Shown here piece by piece: positions 20,090 to 29,863 of a stretch of 64,000 bases of DNA. The notes below the pieces were generated by a model that searched no databases, had not been told where the DNA came from, and saw nothing but the letters and a program-made list of their open reading frames with translations. Each line of letters begins with the position of its first letter. Position 1 is the first letter of the stretch. The position numbers and the translations under genes are program-made. Location of the stretch: the NCBI GenBank assembly GCA_038897715.1, contig JAWAVV010000004.1, positions 8,365 to 72,364 of the forward strand, written 5' to 3'. This DNA is from Desulfurococcaceae archaeon (GTDB taxonomy: Archaea > Thermoproteota > Thermoprotei_A > Sulfolobales > Desulfurococcaceae).

Positions 20090-20560
20090 TTAGTATTGAA
20101 GATAAGTAGATACAATTAATTTAGCTGATTCAGGCGAATACTTCCAATCACTCGGTAATTTACCGACTCTCTTATAGTATTTTACCAATCTATGTATTTT
20201 AGATTCTATTTCTATTAAACCACGTTTAGCACTATAGTCTTTAGGATGTTCATCTAAATGTCTACGTAGATTAACAGCTTTCTTCATTAAGTAGAGGAGG
20301 TCTTCGGGGACCGGGAGTTGAACACCGTGTTTTTCAAGTATTTTACATAGTTTTCTACCAGTTACTTGTTTAACAAGCGGTATACCATACTGGTCTCTTA
20401 AAATAACCCCGATCATAGATGGAGTATATCCTTTTTTAAACAATTCAACTACGAGTAGCTCGATGTCTTCGGGACTCATATCTGGTTTAAGCCAGCGGGG
20501 TGGATTAGCTCTGAGAGGTCTTGTTGAATGTGATTGACCTTTCTCTCTACGTTTATTCAT
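20090..20560 (-). CDS. rps15: Ribosomal protein S15 (uS15, S13e type)
   Basis: 156 aa. [27 protein letters not shown]. Confidence 0.95.
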   Translation of the reverse strand: MNKRREKGQSHSTRPLRANPPRWLKPDMSPEDIELLVVELFKKGYTPSMIGVILRDQYGIPLVKQVTGRKLCKILEKHGVQLPVPEDLLYLMKKAVNLRRHLDEHPKDYSAKRGLIEIESKIHRLVKYYKRVGKLPSDWKYSPESAKLIVSTYLQY

Positions 20561-20626
20561 GAAACACTACCATTATTATTAGTTAACACTATCTTTTTAA
20601 TCAAATACTTATGGAGTTTTTTAAAT

Positions 20627-21229
20627 TTAATTCTCGTTATTTAAATATATTTCTGAATCAAATATTCTCCTCAGTTTTCTAAACAATTTATCAACAGTTT
20701 TAGCTCTATGTGAATACTTATTCTTTTCTTCAATACTCATTTCACCGAAAGTTCTCGTTTCACCAATTGGTATAAATATGGGGTCGAAACCGAATCCACT
20801 AGAGCCTTTTGGTTTATCCGCGATATATCCTTCAACTTCAGATACTTCTGTCAATATAAATGGTTCATATATTAAAACCCCTGCTGATACAAATTTAGCT
20901 CTTCTATCAATAGTGTTTTCAAGTAGTTTTAAAATTCCACTACATCCAATAGTTTTATACACATAACTACTATATGGTCCAGGAAAACCGTTTAATGAAT
21001 ATATAAATAATCCGGCGTCTTCGACTAATACGGGTTTATTTAAATCCATGTAAGCATGTATTGCAGATATCTTCGCTATTTTCATTAAATCATTTGATTG
21101 TATCTCTAATTTACCACCACTATGTTGTATTATTTTAAAACCATATTTGTCAGCAATAGGTTTTACCTCCATGTATTTATTCACATTATTCGTTACAAAA
21201 TATATTTCACTCAATATACTTCTCACCAA
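20627..21229 (-). CDS. Non-canonical purine NTP pyrophosphatase (Ham1/ITPase family)
   Basis: 200 aa. FVTNNVNKYMEV, EDAGLFI..LNGFPGPYS, GFGFDPIF. Confidence 0.88.
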   Translation of the reverse strand: MVRSILSEIYFVTNNVNKYMEVKPIADKYGFKIIQHSGGKLEIQSNDLMKIAKISAIHAYMDLNKPVLVEDAGLFIYSLNGFPGPYSSYVYKTIGCSGILKLLENTIDRRAKFVSAGVLIYEPFILTEVSEVEGYIADKPKGSSGFGFDPIFIPIGETRTFGEMSIEEKNKYSHRAKTVDKLFRKLRRIFDSEIYLNNEN

Positions 21230-21881
21230 TTAGTTTTCTCTTCAATCTCTCTTCAACATATCTTCCACGTAGTTTTATCTCTTCGAGTCTCTTTAAAACT
21301 AAATCGCTTTTATCAAATACTTTCGAATAACCACGTAATAGGTTGTTGAAAAACAAATTGTATAGATCGGGGTTTATTGCTAATATGTTTCTACGCATTA
21401 GATGCAAGTCTATAGCGTATTCTTCGATATCTCTACTATAACCAGCTAGTCCGAAATCAATTACATATAGTCTCCTATCTCTAGAACAAAGAATTACATT
21501 ACCTAGTGTGAAATCACCGTGGTATATTTCAAAACTATGTATTAAACCAATTTGTTCACCTAATTCTTCAGCATATTCTTCTAAATGAAGTTTATCTAGA
21601 TTATTTATTATATTAATCAATTTATCTCCTTCAATATACTCCATTGCAATAATATAGTTCTTTAGATCAACGAATAGTGGAGCTGGAACTCTGATTTTAT
21701 TTAAATAAAGATCTGTTAGTATTTTAGCTTCAATCTTAGTTCTATACAATCTAAACTCGTTGTCGAAAACAATGTGTCTATATGGTTTGCTTACTCTTTG
21801 TTTAACAACTATTTTTAAACCATTAACTTCTACTAAATAAACTATTGCTTCAGCTCCAATACTTAGAATTCTCTCAACCAA
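21207..21881 (-). CDS. bud32: KEOPS kinase/ATPase Bud32
   Basis: 224 aa small RIO-like kinase. GAEAIVY, HGDFTLGNVI, IDFGLA. Directly downstream of kae1 as a separate ORF, not fused. Confidence 0.88.
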   Translation of the reverse strand: MVERILSIGAEAIVYLVEVNGLKIVVKQRVSKPYRHIVFDNEFRLYRTKIEAKILTDLYLNKIRVPAPLFVDLKNYIIAMEYIEGDKLINIINNLDKLHLEEYAEELGEQIGLIHSFEIYHGDFTLGNVILCSRDRRLYVIDFGLAGYSRDIEEYAIDLHLMRRNILAINPDLYNLFFNNLLRGYSKVFDKSDLVLKRLEEIKLRGRYVEERLKRKLIGEKYIE

Positions 21882-22882
21882 GGGAGTTCAACCTCATCCA
21901 GTCTCCATCTTTGTTTAATAAAAGCTCTCTCGGGTTCTACTGAAATATTGTTTTGTAAAAGAAGTAGACCTGTATAAGCTATCATAGCACCATTATCGCC
22001 ACTATATTCTAAAGGCGTACCACTTACTTTTGAATTATGTTGTTTAGCCATATGTTCTATTTTATCCATCAATACTCTATTAGCAGCAACACCTCCTACA
22101 ACTAGTATTTCTTCTTTATTACTCAGTATTAACGCTCTCTCTAAAACTTCGGTAACCATGTTGAAAGCTATCTCTCTCAAACTTAAACAAATATCTCCAA
22201 TTTCTTCTCTACTACTCGCTTTACTCGCTTTAGATAACGCTGCTGTTAGTAAACCGGAAAAGCTTAGATCGCTTCCTTTAACAGTATATGGTAATGGTAT
22301 GTATTTACCACCCCATTCAGCACATATATCTAACTGGTGTTTACCGTTAACTAGATATGGAGGTGCTAGACCGATCTCTCTTACAAACGTATCGAATAGA
22401 TTACCCAATGGTATATCTAGAGTTTCTCCGAAAACTCTATACCTACCTTTCTTCTGAATAGCTATTAAAGTATTTCCACCTGATACGTAGAGTACTACGG
22501 GGTCTTTAAATCTACTTATAAATTTCCCTATTTCAATATGTGCAACAGCGTGATTAACAGGTATTAATGGTTTATCATAATATGATGCTAGAAACCTTGC
22601 TATAGATGCTCCTATTCTTAAACAAGGACCTAGACCAGGACCTAGAGCTACGGCTATACCATCTAAATCGCTTGTTTTCAAACCAGTTTCTTTTAAAGCT
22701 TTTTTAATAAGAATAGGTGCAACTCTACTATGGTGTAATGCGGCTTCACGTGGATGTATACCTCCTTTTACAGGTGTATATTGTTCATTTAGATTAACGA
22801 GTATTCTAATACTACCATCTCTCTCTTCGACTAAACCTACTCCGAATGTATGGCTCGTAGACTCTATTCCAAGAACATACAT
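21863..22882 (-). CDS. kae1: tRNA N6-adenosine threonylcarbamoyltransferase Kae1
   Basis: 339 aa. LGIESTSHTFGVG, NHAVAHIE, YVSGGNT, GGVAAN. Confidence 0.95.
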   Translation of the reverse strand: MYVLGIESTSHTFGVGLVEERDGSIRILVNLNEQYTPVKGGIHPREAALHHSRVAPILIKKALKETGLKTSDLDGIAVALGPGLGPCLRIGASIARFLASYYDKPLIPVNHAVAHIEIGKFISRFKDPVVLYVSGGNTLIAIQKKGRYRVFGETLDIPLGNLFDTFVREIGLAPPYLVNGKHQLDICAEWGGKYIPLPYTVKGSDLSFSGLLTAALSKASKASSREEIGDICLSLREIAFNMVTEVLERALILSNKEEILVVGGVAANRVLMDKIEHMAKQHNSKVSGTPLEYSGDNGAMIAYTGLLLLQNNISVEPERAFIKQRWRLDEVELPWLREF

Positions 22883-22896
22883 TTCTATTCATCTAA

Positions 22897-23082
22897 CTAT
22901 GATCTAACGTATTCAACATATCCGCATCTACCGCAATGCCATCTAGGTACTGGTTGTTTATGAAAAGCCATGAAGCTATCGCATTTAGGACATTTCTTAT
23001 TTCTACGATTTATAACTCCTTTATTATAGTCATATTCATATAGTTTATGAATATTAGACATTTCAAACACCTTTTCAACCAC
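22897..23082 (-). CDS. rps27ae: Ribosomal protein S27Ae (eS31)
   Basis: 61 aa zinc ribbon CPKCDSFMAFH...CGRCGY, downstream of rps24e. Confidence 0.88.
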   Translation of the reverse strand: MVEKVFEMSNIHKLYEYDYNKGVINRRNKKCPKCDSFMAFHKQPVPRWHCGRCGYVEYVRS

Positions 23083-23440
23083 TACCTGTTTCTCTCTGAC
23101 TCTTCTCTAATTCATATAATTGTAGTGATTGTTCATTTCTCTTAACAATATATTCTGGTTCAAATTTCTTCAATCTATCTAAGTCATCGTATATATGGAT
23201 ATATACTTTAGAAACACTAATTCCATACTCTGTTTCTATTTTTTTAACAATAACTCTATTCACATCTACATTATAGTGTTTAGCAATATTTACTCTAATA
23301 GCTCCTCTAGATGGTGTTGTTTTACCAATATGTGATATCTTCAATACAATCTCTCTTCTCTTAATCAATGGATTATATTTCTCATCAACTATTTCTCCAG
23401 TAAACTCATCTATTTCAATTGTTTTAGACAATACTATCAC
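23075..23440 (-). CDS. rps24e: Ribosomal protein S24e
   Basis: 121 aa. NPLIKRREIVLKISHIGKTTPSR...IETEYG. Confidence 0.92.
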   Translation of the reverse strand: MIVLSKTIEIDEFTGEIVDEKYNPLIKRREIVLKISHIGKTTPSRGAIRVNIAKHYNVDVNRVIVKKIETEYGISVSKVYIHIYDDLDRLKKFEPEYIVKRNEQSLQLYELEKSQRETGSG

Positions 23441-23930
23441 ACCTTTCTATCAAATCTACATGGTTATTATTATAGACTATTAATGTAGGTTTAAATGTTT
23501 TAATAATATTCACTATGTAAACAGGATCTGTCTTATACAATACAACACCTACTCTAGGCTGACCGTAAGCCGTAGTTACAGATCTGTCTCTACCAATACC
23601 TAGAACAACTAAATCTTCTTCACCTATAATGCATATGTTTTTAAAAAACCTTGTATTGAGAAATGTTAATGTATTTAAACTAATAGTTCCAGGTGGGTTA
23701 ACGACGTGTATATCGCAGAAATCTTTTTTCTCAATCTCTCTACGTGTTCTCATAACTCTATTATCAACTACTCTATATTCACTAATCTGGTTTCTAGAAA
23801 CAACATCTCCCACACTATAATCTACTTTGAAACCAGATATAGTGTTATCTGAAACATATAGTACTCCTAATGGTTTAGATAAATCTTTACGTAGATGAAA
23901 TGGTAGTTGTAGTACAGGTATTATAGTCAT
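23424..23930 (-). CDS. DUF359/COG1909 protein (GTP-dependent dephospho-CoA kinase family)
   Basis: 168 aa. LSKPLGVLY, VGDVVS, VVDNRVMR pattern. Conserved spt4 - DUF359 - rps24e order. Confidence 0.7.
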   Translation of the reverse strand: MTIIPVLQLPFHLRKDLSKPLGVLYVSDNTISGFKVDYSVGDVVSRNQISEYRVVDNRVMRTRREIEKKDFCDIHVVNPPGTISLNTLTFLNTRFFKNICIIGEEDLVVLGIGRDRSVTTAYGQPRVGVVLYKTDPVYIVNIIKTFKPTLIVYNNNHVDLIERCDSIV

Positions 23931-23932
23931 AT

Positions 23933-24157
23933 CTAAGCAACTTTAACAGCGTATTTACCAGGTTTTACAATACCTAATATTTTAGCAATACGCGATTTCT
24001 CAGGATCTATTATTATGATAATACCCTCCCATTCCTCGCTGAAATCTCTAGAACCACATATTGGGCATTCAGCTACTTCTCTATCAACAAGTGCTTTACA
24101 GCTACGGCATGCTTTAAATACCTTACCTCGTCCACGACTAGACATTCCACCACCCAT
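23933..24157 (-). CDS. spt4: Transcription elongation factor Spt4 (RpoE'')
   Basis: 74 aa. Zinc ribbon CRSC...CPICG followed by W.G...I.DPEKS.IAK. Confidence 0.88.
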   Translation of the reverse strand: MGGGMSSRGRGKVFKACRSCKALVDREVAECPICGSRDFSEEWEGIIIIIDPEKSRIAKILGIVKPGKYAVKVA

Positions 24158-24165
24158 TACTCTGT

Positions 24166-24714
24166 TTACTTACTACTAACTGTTTTTCTAATCCAATCTA
24201 TTCTACCGAGCAATGGCTGTCTAATCGTCAACTGTATTCTGAAACCTTTTCCTTTCTGAATACTCATTCCATAAACTCTAGCTCTAACAATATTGTTTTT
24301 CTCTATAATTCTCTTAGATTGTTTCAATATGAAACCGGGTCTAGTCGGGTCGTATTCAACTTTTTCTTCAGATATTTGTGATAAATGTATGAAACCATCT
24401 TGTGCACCTAGATCGATGAATAAACCTTCAGGTATAACTGAATTTATCTCGCCTTCAACTATTTCGTGTTGAAACGGATTGAAACACAGTAGTGTAAACT
24501 CGACTTCATGATAAGTAGCTCCATCTCCGAGCAATATTTTACCAAGAGGATTTACTTTAACATCGATAACTGATACTACAATACCCATATTCGATATAAT
24601 AGCTCCTTCATACCTATTTCTCAACTCTTCGAAAGCAGATTCTTCTAGTGATTTACCGAATTTACTGGGAATTATTCTAACAATACCTTTTACTCTATAC
24701 AATCTATAAACCAA
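24166..24714 (-). CDS. rpoE: RNA polymerase subunit Rpo7 (E')
   Basis: S1-domain protein. The longest ORF starts at 24795, but GGTG followed 6 nt later by TTG at 24714 gives M-VYRLYRVKGIVRIIP, the usual Rpo7 N-terminus. Confidence 0.88.
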   Translation of the reverse strand: MVYRLYRVKGIVRIIPSKFGKSLEESAFEELRNRYEGAIISNMGIVVSVIDVKVNPLGKILLGDGATYHEVEFTLLCFNPFQHEIVEGEINSVIPEGLFIDLGAQDGFIHLSQISEEKVEYDPTRPGFILKQSKRIIEKNNIVRARVYGMSIQKGKGFRIQLTIRQPLLGRIDWIRKTVSSK

Positions 24715-24795
24715 TAAAAACACCTTTTTAAAACAAGCAGTGTTTTCAACGTCTTTTGAATAATCATCATACTTGTTTATAAGATTTATTATCAA

Positions 24796-25200
24796 CTATA
24801 TTTCTAATCCTTCTGTTTCGATCATCATCTTCTCTTCTCTTAAATATATGTTTGGTAAACCTCTCTTACGCAACTCTCTTCTGAGTTTTTTATCACAAGT
24901 AGCTACAACTACTTTGTTTTTCTCAGCATATTTTATTATCAAATCATCTATACTACTGTATTCTAAGTCAACGTCTATTATTCTACAGTATTCTTTGACA
25001 ATACTTAATGCAAACCTGGCTTTCCTCGAAATACTTGGTTTTCCTGATTTAACTAGTTTTTCTAATTCTCCGATAATTGGTTTTAAAACAATATAATCTG
25101 GTTTAACACCTATTCTCTCCTCTATTTGTTCAAAAACGTTAATACTATTAGCTATGAGTAGTAACATATTAGTATCGAATAGTACTACTAGTTTCTTCAC
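24796..25200 (-). CDS. PIN-domain protein (Fcf1/COG1412-like)
   Basis: VLFDTNMLL ... VATCDKKLRREL. The GTG at 25200 overlaps the aIF2-gamma stop as GTGA, so I prefer it to the longest-ORF start at 25242. Confidence 0.75.
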   Translation of the reverse strand: MKKLVVLFDTNMLLLIANSINVFEQIEERIGVKPDYIVLKPIIGELEKLVKSGKPSISRKARFALSIVKEYCRIIDVDLEYSSIDDLIIKYAEKNKVVVATCDKKLRRELRKRGLPNIYLREEKMMIETEGLEI

Positions 25201-26444
25201 TCTACTATTTCCTCTACCAATCCCCAGCCCGTTAACCTCCATCTACCTAGTATTCTCCTACTGATAGCTATTCTAGAACCCTCCCATGAGACAACCGGTT
25301 CTCTTAAAGCAATATCCATGTAATCCTTAGTCAGGTTTTTCACAACTCCAACACGTGTAGCTGTACCAGCTGTTATGATAATAGATTCGTTTACTTGAAG
25401 AGGAGGTGTTTTAATAAACTCTTTCACACCGACTACTCTCTGGAGTAATTCATATTTAACTCTCATTTCTCTAACTAAATCCGGCATATGACCAGGTTTA
25501 CCTACAACGCTTCCTACTAATGCATCTGCTTTAGCGAGAGAAGGATCTAGTCTAGTGCCGATCGCTACTAAACCACCGGGTTTTGCTTCTTCAACAGAGT
25601 ATTCTCCAAATTTCAAACTAGTAATCTCTGTTAGTATTGGTTCATAAACTATTCTCCCACTAGGTAGTGTTTTCTTCAAACCAGGTTTAATCTCTATTTC
25701 ATCATTTACTCTAAGAATTCCTTGAATAAGCGTTCCACCAATAACTCCTCCAACCAATCTATCTGGTTGAGTACCTGGTTTATTGACGTCAAAACTCCTT
25801 GCAACATACATTAAAGCAGGTTTATTGTATTCTCTTGGAGGTATTTGTATTTCTTCAACAAGTGCTTGAAGCAGTACGTCGATATTAACTTTATGGAGAG
25901 CACTTACAGGTATTACCGGGGCTTTTTCAGCAAAAGAGTTTTCAACGAGTTTCTTTATCTCACGATAGTTTTCTAACGCTCTGTCTTTGCTAACAACATC
26001 TATTTTATTCTGAACAATAACTATATTTTTAACATTGATAATATTCAGTGCGATAAAGTGTTCAAGAGTCTGAGGCTGTGGACATGGTTCATTAGCTGCT
26101 ATAACCAATATAGCTCCATCCATTAAAGCAGCTCCGCTCAACATTGTAGCCATTAATGCTTCATGACCGGGAGCATCTACGAAACTAACTCTTCTAATTA
26201 GTTTTGAATCAGAACCATCTGGACATATTTCACTAGTTGTATAGGACTCCGGTGGTTCAACTGTATCACAGTAAGCTATGTTTCCATCAGCATAACCTAG
26301 TTTAATAGTCATACCTCTTTTCAATTCTTCACTATGTCTAGCAGTCCATATACCTGTTAATGCTTGAACAAGCGTTGTTTTACCGTGATCAACGTGTCCA
26401 ACAACTCCAATATTAACCTCTGGTTGTCTAATCTCCCATGGCAA
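25197..26444 (-). CDS. eif2g: Translation initiation factor aIF2 gamma
   Basis: 415 aa. [20 protein letters not shown], zinc knuckle region. Confidence 0.96.
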   Translation of the reverse strand: MPWEIRQPEVNIGVVGHVDHGKTTLVQALTGIWTARHSEELKRGMTIKLGYADGNIAYCDTVEPPESYTTSEICPDGSDSKLIRRVSFVDAPGHEALMATMLSGAALMDGAILVIAANEPCPQPQTLEHFIALNIINVKNIVIVQNKIDVVSKDRALENYREIKKLVENSFAEKAPVIPVSALHKVNIDVLLQALVEEIQIPPREYNKPALMYVARSFDVNKPGTQPDRLVGGVIGGTLIQGILRVNDEIEIKPGLKKTLPSGRIVYEPILTEITSLKFGEYSVEEAKPGGLVAIGTRLDPSLAKADALVGSVVGKPGHMPDLVREMRVKYELLQRVVGVKEFIKTPPLQVNESIIITAGTATRVGVVKNLTKDYMDIALREPVVSWEGSRIAISRRILGRWRLTGWGLVEEIVE

Positions 26445-26498
26445 TAATCATAACACCAGTTTAATTATTGATAACTATGATAACTATGAAGCATAGAG

Positions 26499-27149
26499 TT
26501 ATTTATAAATAATCACGGTATTTATTTGAACAATATCTTCCGTAATAGTGTTTCCACGTACTATTTTCCTCCTCCTCTCGCCTCTCTTTCTAGGATGGAA
26601 TCCCGGTGGATTTGATAACAATACTCTTTTCTTAACACCACCAGGTATATCAGGTCTCATTGGAAAACCACTGTTATCACTACCACCTCTAATCTCTAGT
26701 TCAACGTTTTTCAAACCAATTAATTCACCACTAATTCTATCTCCGATCTTAAGACCGATAAAGCTTCTAGCTCTATCACCACTTACTCTAATCTGCCAAG
26801 CTCTAGATCTAACAATCTCTCCTTCAACTTCATTAACACCAATAGAGTTTACTAGAAGGTCGTAGTTTACATGTACTTCATTCTCGGGGATATTATTGTC
26901 AACAATAACTCTACCGGTAATTTTAACTCTCTCATTAGTACCTGGTTTAATCATTTTAATAGTTGCTACTCCGTGTTTTAACTTAAGTTCGTTACTGAGT
27001 TTTTCATTTACTTTAATAATAGGTAATTCGTATTTCTCTTTCATCTTATCACTGTATTCTACACTAGGATCTCCGATAACTTTAACTCTAAAAACCTTCT
27101 CTATCTTAGGAGCCTCGGGATCGTTTATAACGATTTTAAAATCAGCCAA
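26499..27149 (-). CDS. rps6e: Ribosomal protein S6e
   Basis: ADFKIVINDPEAPK N-terminus, GGSDNSGFPMR. A TTG at 27149 with GGTG 6 nt upstream is preferred over the GTG at 27158. Confidence 0.93.
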   Translation of the reverse strand: MADFKIVINDPEAPKIEKVFRVKVIGDPSVEYSDKMKEKYELPIIKVNEKLSNELKLKHGVATIKMIKPGTNERVKITGRVIVDNNIPENEVHVNYDLLVNSIGVNEVEGEIVRSRAWQIRVSGDRARSFIGLKIGDRISGELIGLKNVELEIRGGSDNSGFPMRPDIPGGVKKRVLLSNPPGFHPRKRGERRRKIVRGNTITEDIVQINTVIIYK

Positions 27150-27473
27150 AACATACACCAGTGAACCCGGTGTATTTAAATACGATTAAAAAAGAAATCA
27201 AATAAACTGGTATTAATACTTTCCGTTCTCTACCATGATTTATCTCAATTCTTCAATAATTATTCATCTAAAGACTCCGTTATACTTATTTAAAATAGTT
27301 TTAAACAAGTTCCCCATATTTATCGGAGTAATTGTTCGTGTTGTTTACTTGTTTTTTAGTTGTTTTTGAATAACTCTGGTATTTACACTGGTTTTCCTTG
27401 ACACGTATTCACTTGTTGCAAAGCTATCTGTATTTTTAGAAATATATAATACTCTTATATATTTTAGTTAGTT

Positions 27474-27488
27474 TTAAGGTGTAGTATT
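27474..27488 (+). promoter_or_regulatory. Shine-Dalgarno-containing translation initiation region (TTAAGGTGTAGTATT) abutting the infB GTG start
   Basis: AGGTG is complementary to the usual archaeal 16S 3' end. The identical 15-mer recurs at 29585-29599. Confidence 0.55.
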
Positions 27489-29297
27489 GTGTTTAACACT
27501 AGTTTAGAGAGTTGGTTGAGACAGCCTATTGTAGTTGTACTTGGACATGTTGATCACGGTAAGACAACTTTACTTGATAGAATTCGCGGTACTGCTGTTG
27601 CTTCCAAAGAACCCGGTGAGATCACTCAACATGTTGGAGCCAGTATTGTTCCAGCTAGTGTTTTGAAAAAGATATCTGAACCTCTTAAAAAATATTTTCC
27701 CAAACTAGAGATCGAGATACCTGGTTTACTATTCATAGATACTCCTGGTCACGAATTGTTCACTAATCTGAGGAAAAGAGGCGGTAGTGTTGCAGATATA
27801 GCTATTCTAGTTATCGATATTATAGAAGGTTTTCAAACACAGACAGTTGAGTGTATTAATATTCTTAGAGAGAGAAGAGTCCCCTTCATAGTTGCTGCCA
27901 ACAAGATCGATAAAATACCTAATTGGCGTAGTTTTCCAGGTAAGCCGTTTATAGAATCGCTGAGTAATCAAGATAAGAAAACTATTGATAAGCTAGATGA
28001 GCTTATATATAGATTAGTTAATCAGTTTTACCAAATAGGTTTCAGTGCAGAGAGGTTTGATAGAGTAAAGGATTTCACTAGAACTGTTGCTATAGTGCCT
28101 GTTTCTGCTAAAACAGGAGAGGGTATTCCAGAACTTCTAGCTCTACTAGCTGGTTTAACACAGAAATATATGAAGAGAAGGTTAATAACGAGCAATGAAC
28201 CGGGTAAAGGAGTTGTTCTAGAAGTTAAGGAGGAGCCAGGTTTAGGAGTAACTATTGATACTATAATATACGATGGTATTGTTAAGAAAGGTGATTTGAT
28301 AATAACAGGAGGTAGAGATAAAGCTATAGTTACTAGAGTTAGAGCACTATTACTTCCTCAGCCACTACAGGATATGCGTATACATGAAGGTAGGTTTATA
28401 CAAGTAGATAGAGTTGTAGCAGCAACTGGTGTTAAAATATCTGCTCCAAATCTCGAAGAAGCTTTAGCTGGTTCACCACTATATGTTATTCCTCGCGAAG
28501 ACTTGATCAACGAGTATGAGAAGAAAGTTGTGGAGGAAATAAAATCGATCATTATTAAAACAGATAACGTAGGTGTTGTTGTTAAAGCAGATACTCTCGG
28601 TACACTAGAAGCTGTTGTTGGAGCTTTAATGAAAGAAAATATTCCAGTTAGATTAGCTGATGTCGGTCCAGTATCTAGATCTGATGTTATTGAAGCATCT
28701 ATTGTTAGTAGAAGCAAACCGGAATATGGTGTTATAATAGCATTTAATGTTAAAACACTACCTGAAGCTGAAGAGTATTTAACTAAATGTAGTGTTAAAG
28801 TATTTTCTCACAACATTATATATAGATTGATTGAAGAATACGTTACATGGCTCCAGAAACTCAGAGAAGAATCTAGATTAAGAGAATTAGATTCTTTAAT
28901 CAGACCGAGTAAATTGAGGATAATACCAGGATGTGTTTTTAGAAGAAGCGAACCAGCTATAGTTGGTGTTGAGGTTTTAAACGGTATTATTAAACCGGGA
29001 TATCCGTTGATGAGAAGTGATGGAATGAATCTCGGTGTTATAATGCAGATTAGAGATAGAGATATTGTTTTGAAAGAAGCTAGAGTTGGTCAATCGGTTG
29101 CAATCAGTATACGTGGTAGAGTGATGATTGGTAGACATATTGATGAAGGTGATGTAATGTATACTGATATACCTAGAGAACACGTTAAACAATGGCTTAC
29201 AAAATACAGAGTTGAATTGAGTAATGATGAGTTAATTGTTTTAAAAGAGATAATAGATATTAAGAGGAAAATAGATCCATTCTATGGATTAGTTTAA
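27489..29297 (+). CDS. infB: Translation initiation factor aIF5B (IF2 homolog)
   Basis: 602 aa. [22 protein letters not shown]. Normal length, no intein. Confidence 0.95.
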   Translation: MFNTSLESWLRQPIVVVLGHVDHGKTTLLDRIRGTAVASKEPGEITQHVGASIVPASVLKKISEPLKKYFPKLEIEIPGLLFIDTPGHELFTNLRKRGGSVADIAILVIDIIEGFQTQTVECINILRERRVPFIVAANKIDKIPNWRSFPGKPFIESLSNQDKKTIDKLDELIYRLVNQFYQIGFSAERFDRVKDFTRTVAIVPVSAKTGEGIPELLALLAGLTQKYMKRRLITSNEPGKGVVLEVKEEPGLGVTIDTIIYDGIVKKGDLIITGGRDKAIVTRVRALLLPQPLQDMRIHEGRFIQVDRVVAATGVKISAPNLEEALAGSPLYVIPREDLINEYEKKVVEEIKSIIIKTDNVGVVVKADTLGTLEAVVGALMKENIPVRLADVGPVSRSDVIEASIVSRSKPEYGVIIAFNVKTLPEAEEYLTKCSVKVFSHNIIYRLIEEYVTWLQKLREESRLRELDSLIRPSKLRIIPGCVFRRSEPAIVGVEVLNGIIKPGYPLMRSDGMNLGVIMQIRDRDIVLKEARVGQSVAISIRGRVMIGRHIDEGDVMYTDIPREHVKQWLTKYRVELSNDELIVLKEIIDIKRKIDPFYGLV

Positions 29298-29311
29298 TTC
29301 TATTCTCTAGT

Positions 29312-29491
29312 CTACACACCGTAGTATTTAGTCCACTTGAGTTTTCTAGGGTCTCTTTTCAAATACAAGTAGTTTTTAAAACACTTTCTACTACAGAACC
29401 ATAGTATGCTACCGTCTAGTTTAACATACATTAAACCAGTACCTGGTTCTAAAGTATTTCCACAAAAACTACATTTCTCTAACTTAACCAT
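29312..29491 (-). CDS. rpl24e: Ribosomal protein L24e
   Basis: 59 aa, below the ORF-track cutoff and found by hand: [59 protein letters not shown]. The CSFCG..PGTG.MYV..DG.ILWFCS.KC motif is diagnostic. Confidence 0.9.
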   Translation of the reverse strand: MVKLEKCSFCGNTLEPGTGLMYVKLDGSILWFCSRKCFKNYLYLKRDPRKLKWTKYYGV

Positions 29492-29584
29492 TATTTAACA
29501 CTCTCTTTAATCAATGTTTAATCAAATATTTTAGAAAGAAATATATAGGTTTCTAAAATATTTTCTTAAAACACTAGAGAAGTA

Positions 29585-29599
29585 TTAAGGTGTAGTATT
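29585..29599 (+). promoter_or_regulatory. Shine-Dalgarno-containing translation initiation region (TTAAGGTGTAGTATT) abutting the rps28e TTG start
   Basis: Identical 15-mer to 27474-27488, directly followed by the start codon. Confidence 0.55.
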
Positions 29600-29860
29600 T
29601 TGAGTAATGAAGAGAAGAAAGTAGTTGAACAACCTGAAATAAATATTGTTGAGAAAATAGGTTTCCCAGCAGAAGTCATTCAGATAATAGGTAGAACGGG
29701 AGTTACCGGTGAGATTATTCAAGTTAGAGTAAGGGTTTTAGAGGGTAGAGATAAAGGTAGGATAATAACTAGGAATATTAAAGGACCCGTTAGAATTGGA
29801 GATATAGTGATATTACGTGAAACAGAGAGAGAAGCTAGGAAACTGAGTGGTAAGAGGTAA
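29600..29860 (+). CDS. rps28e: Ribosomal protein S28e
   Basis: 86 aa. [59 protein letters not shown]. Confidence 0.93.
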   Translation: MSNEEKKVVEQPEINIVEKIGFPAEVIQIIGRTGVTGEIIQVRVRVLEGRDKGRIITRNIKGPVRIGDIVILRETEREARKLSGKR

Positions 29861-29863
29861 AAA

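Noticed and set aside
27235-27369. 44-aa hydrophobic small ORF (MIYLNSSIIIHLKTPLYLFKIV...) in the 330-nt S6e/infB spacer
   Set aside because: It has no GGTG upstream, and the composition is what random AT-rich sequence yields. It cannot be supported as a gene without conservation data.
27489-29297. Inteins in the usual archaeal hosts (aIF5B, PolB, aEF-2, RpoA'')
   Set aside because: All have normal lengths and uninterrupted motif spacing, with no extra Cys/Ser-...-HN blocks.
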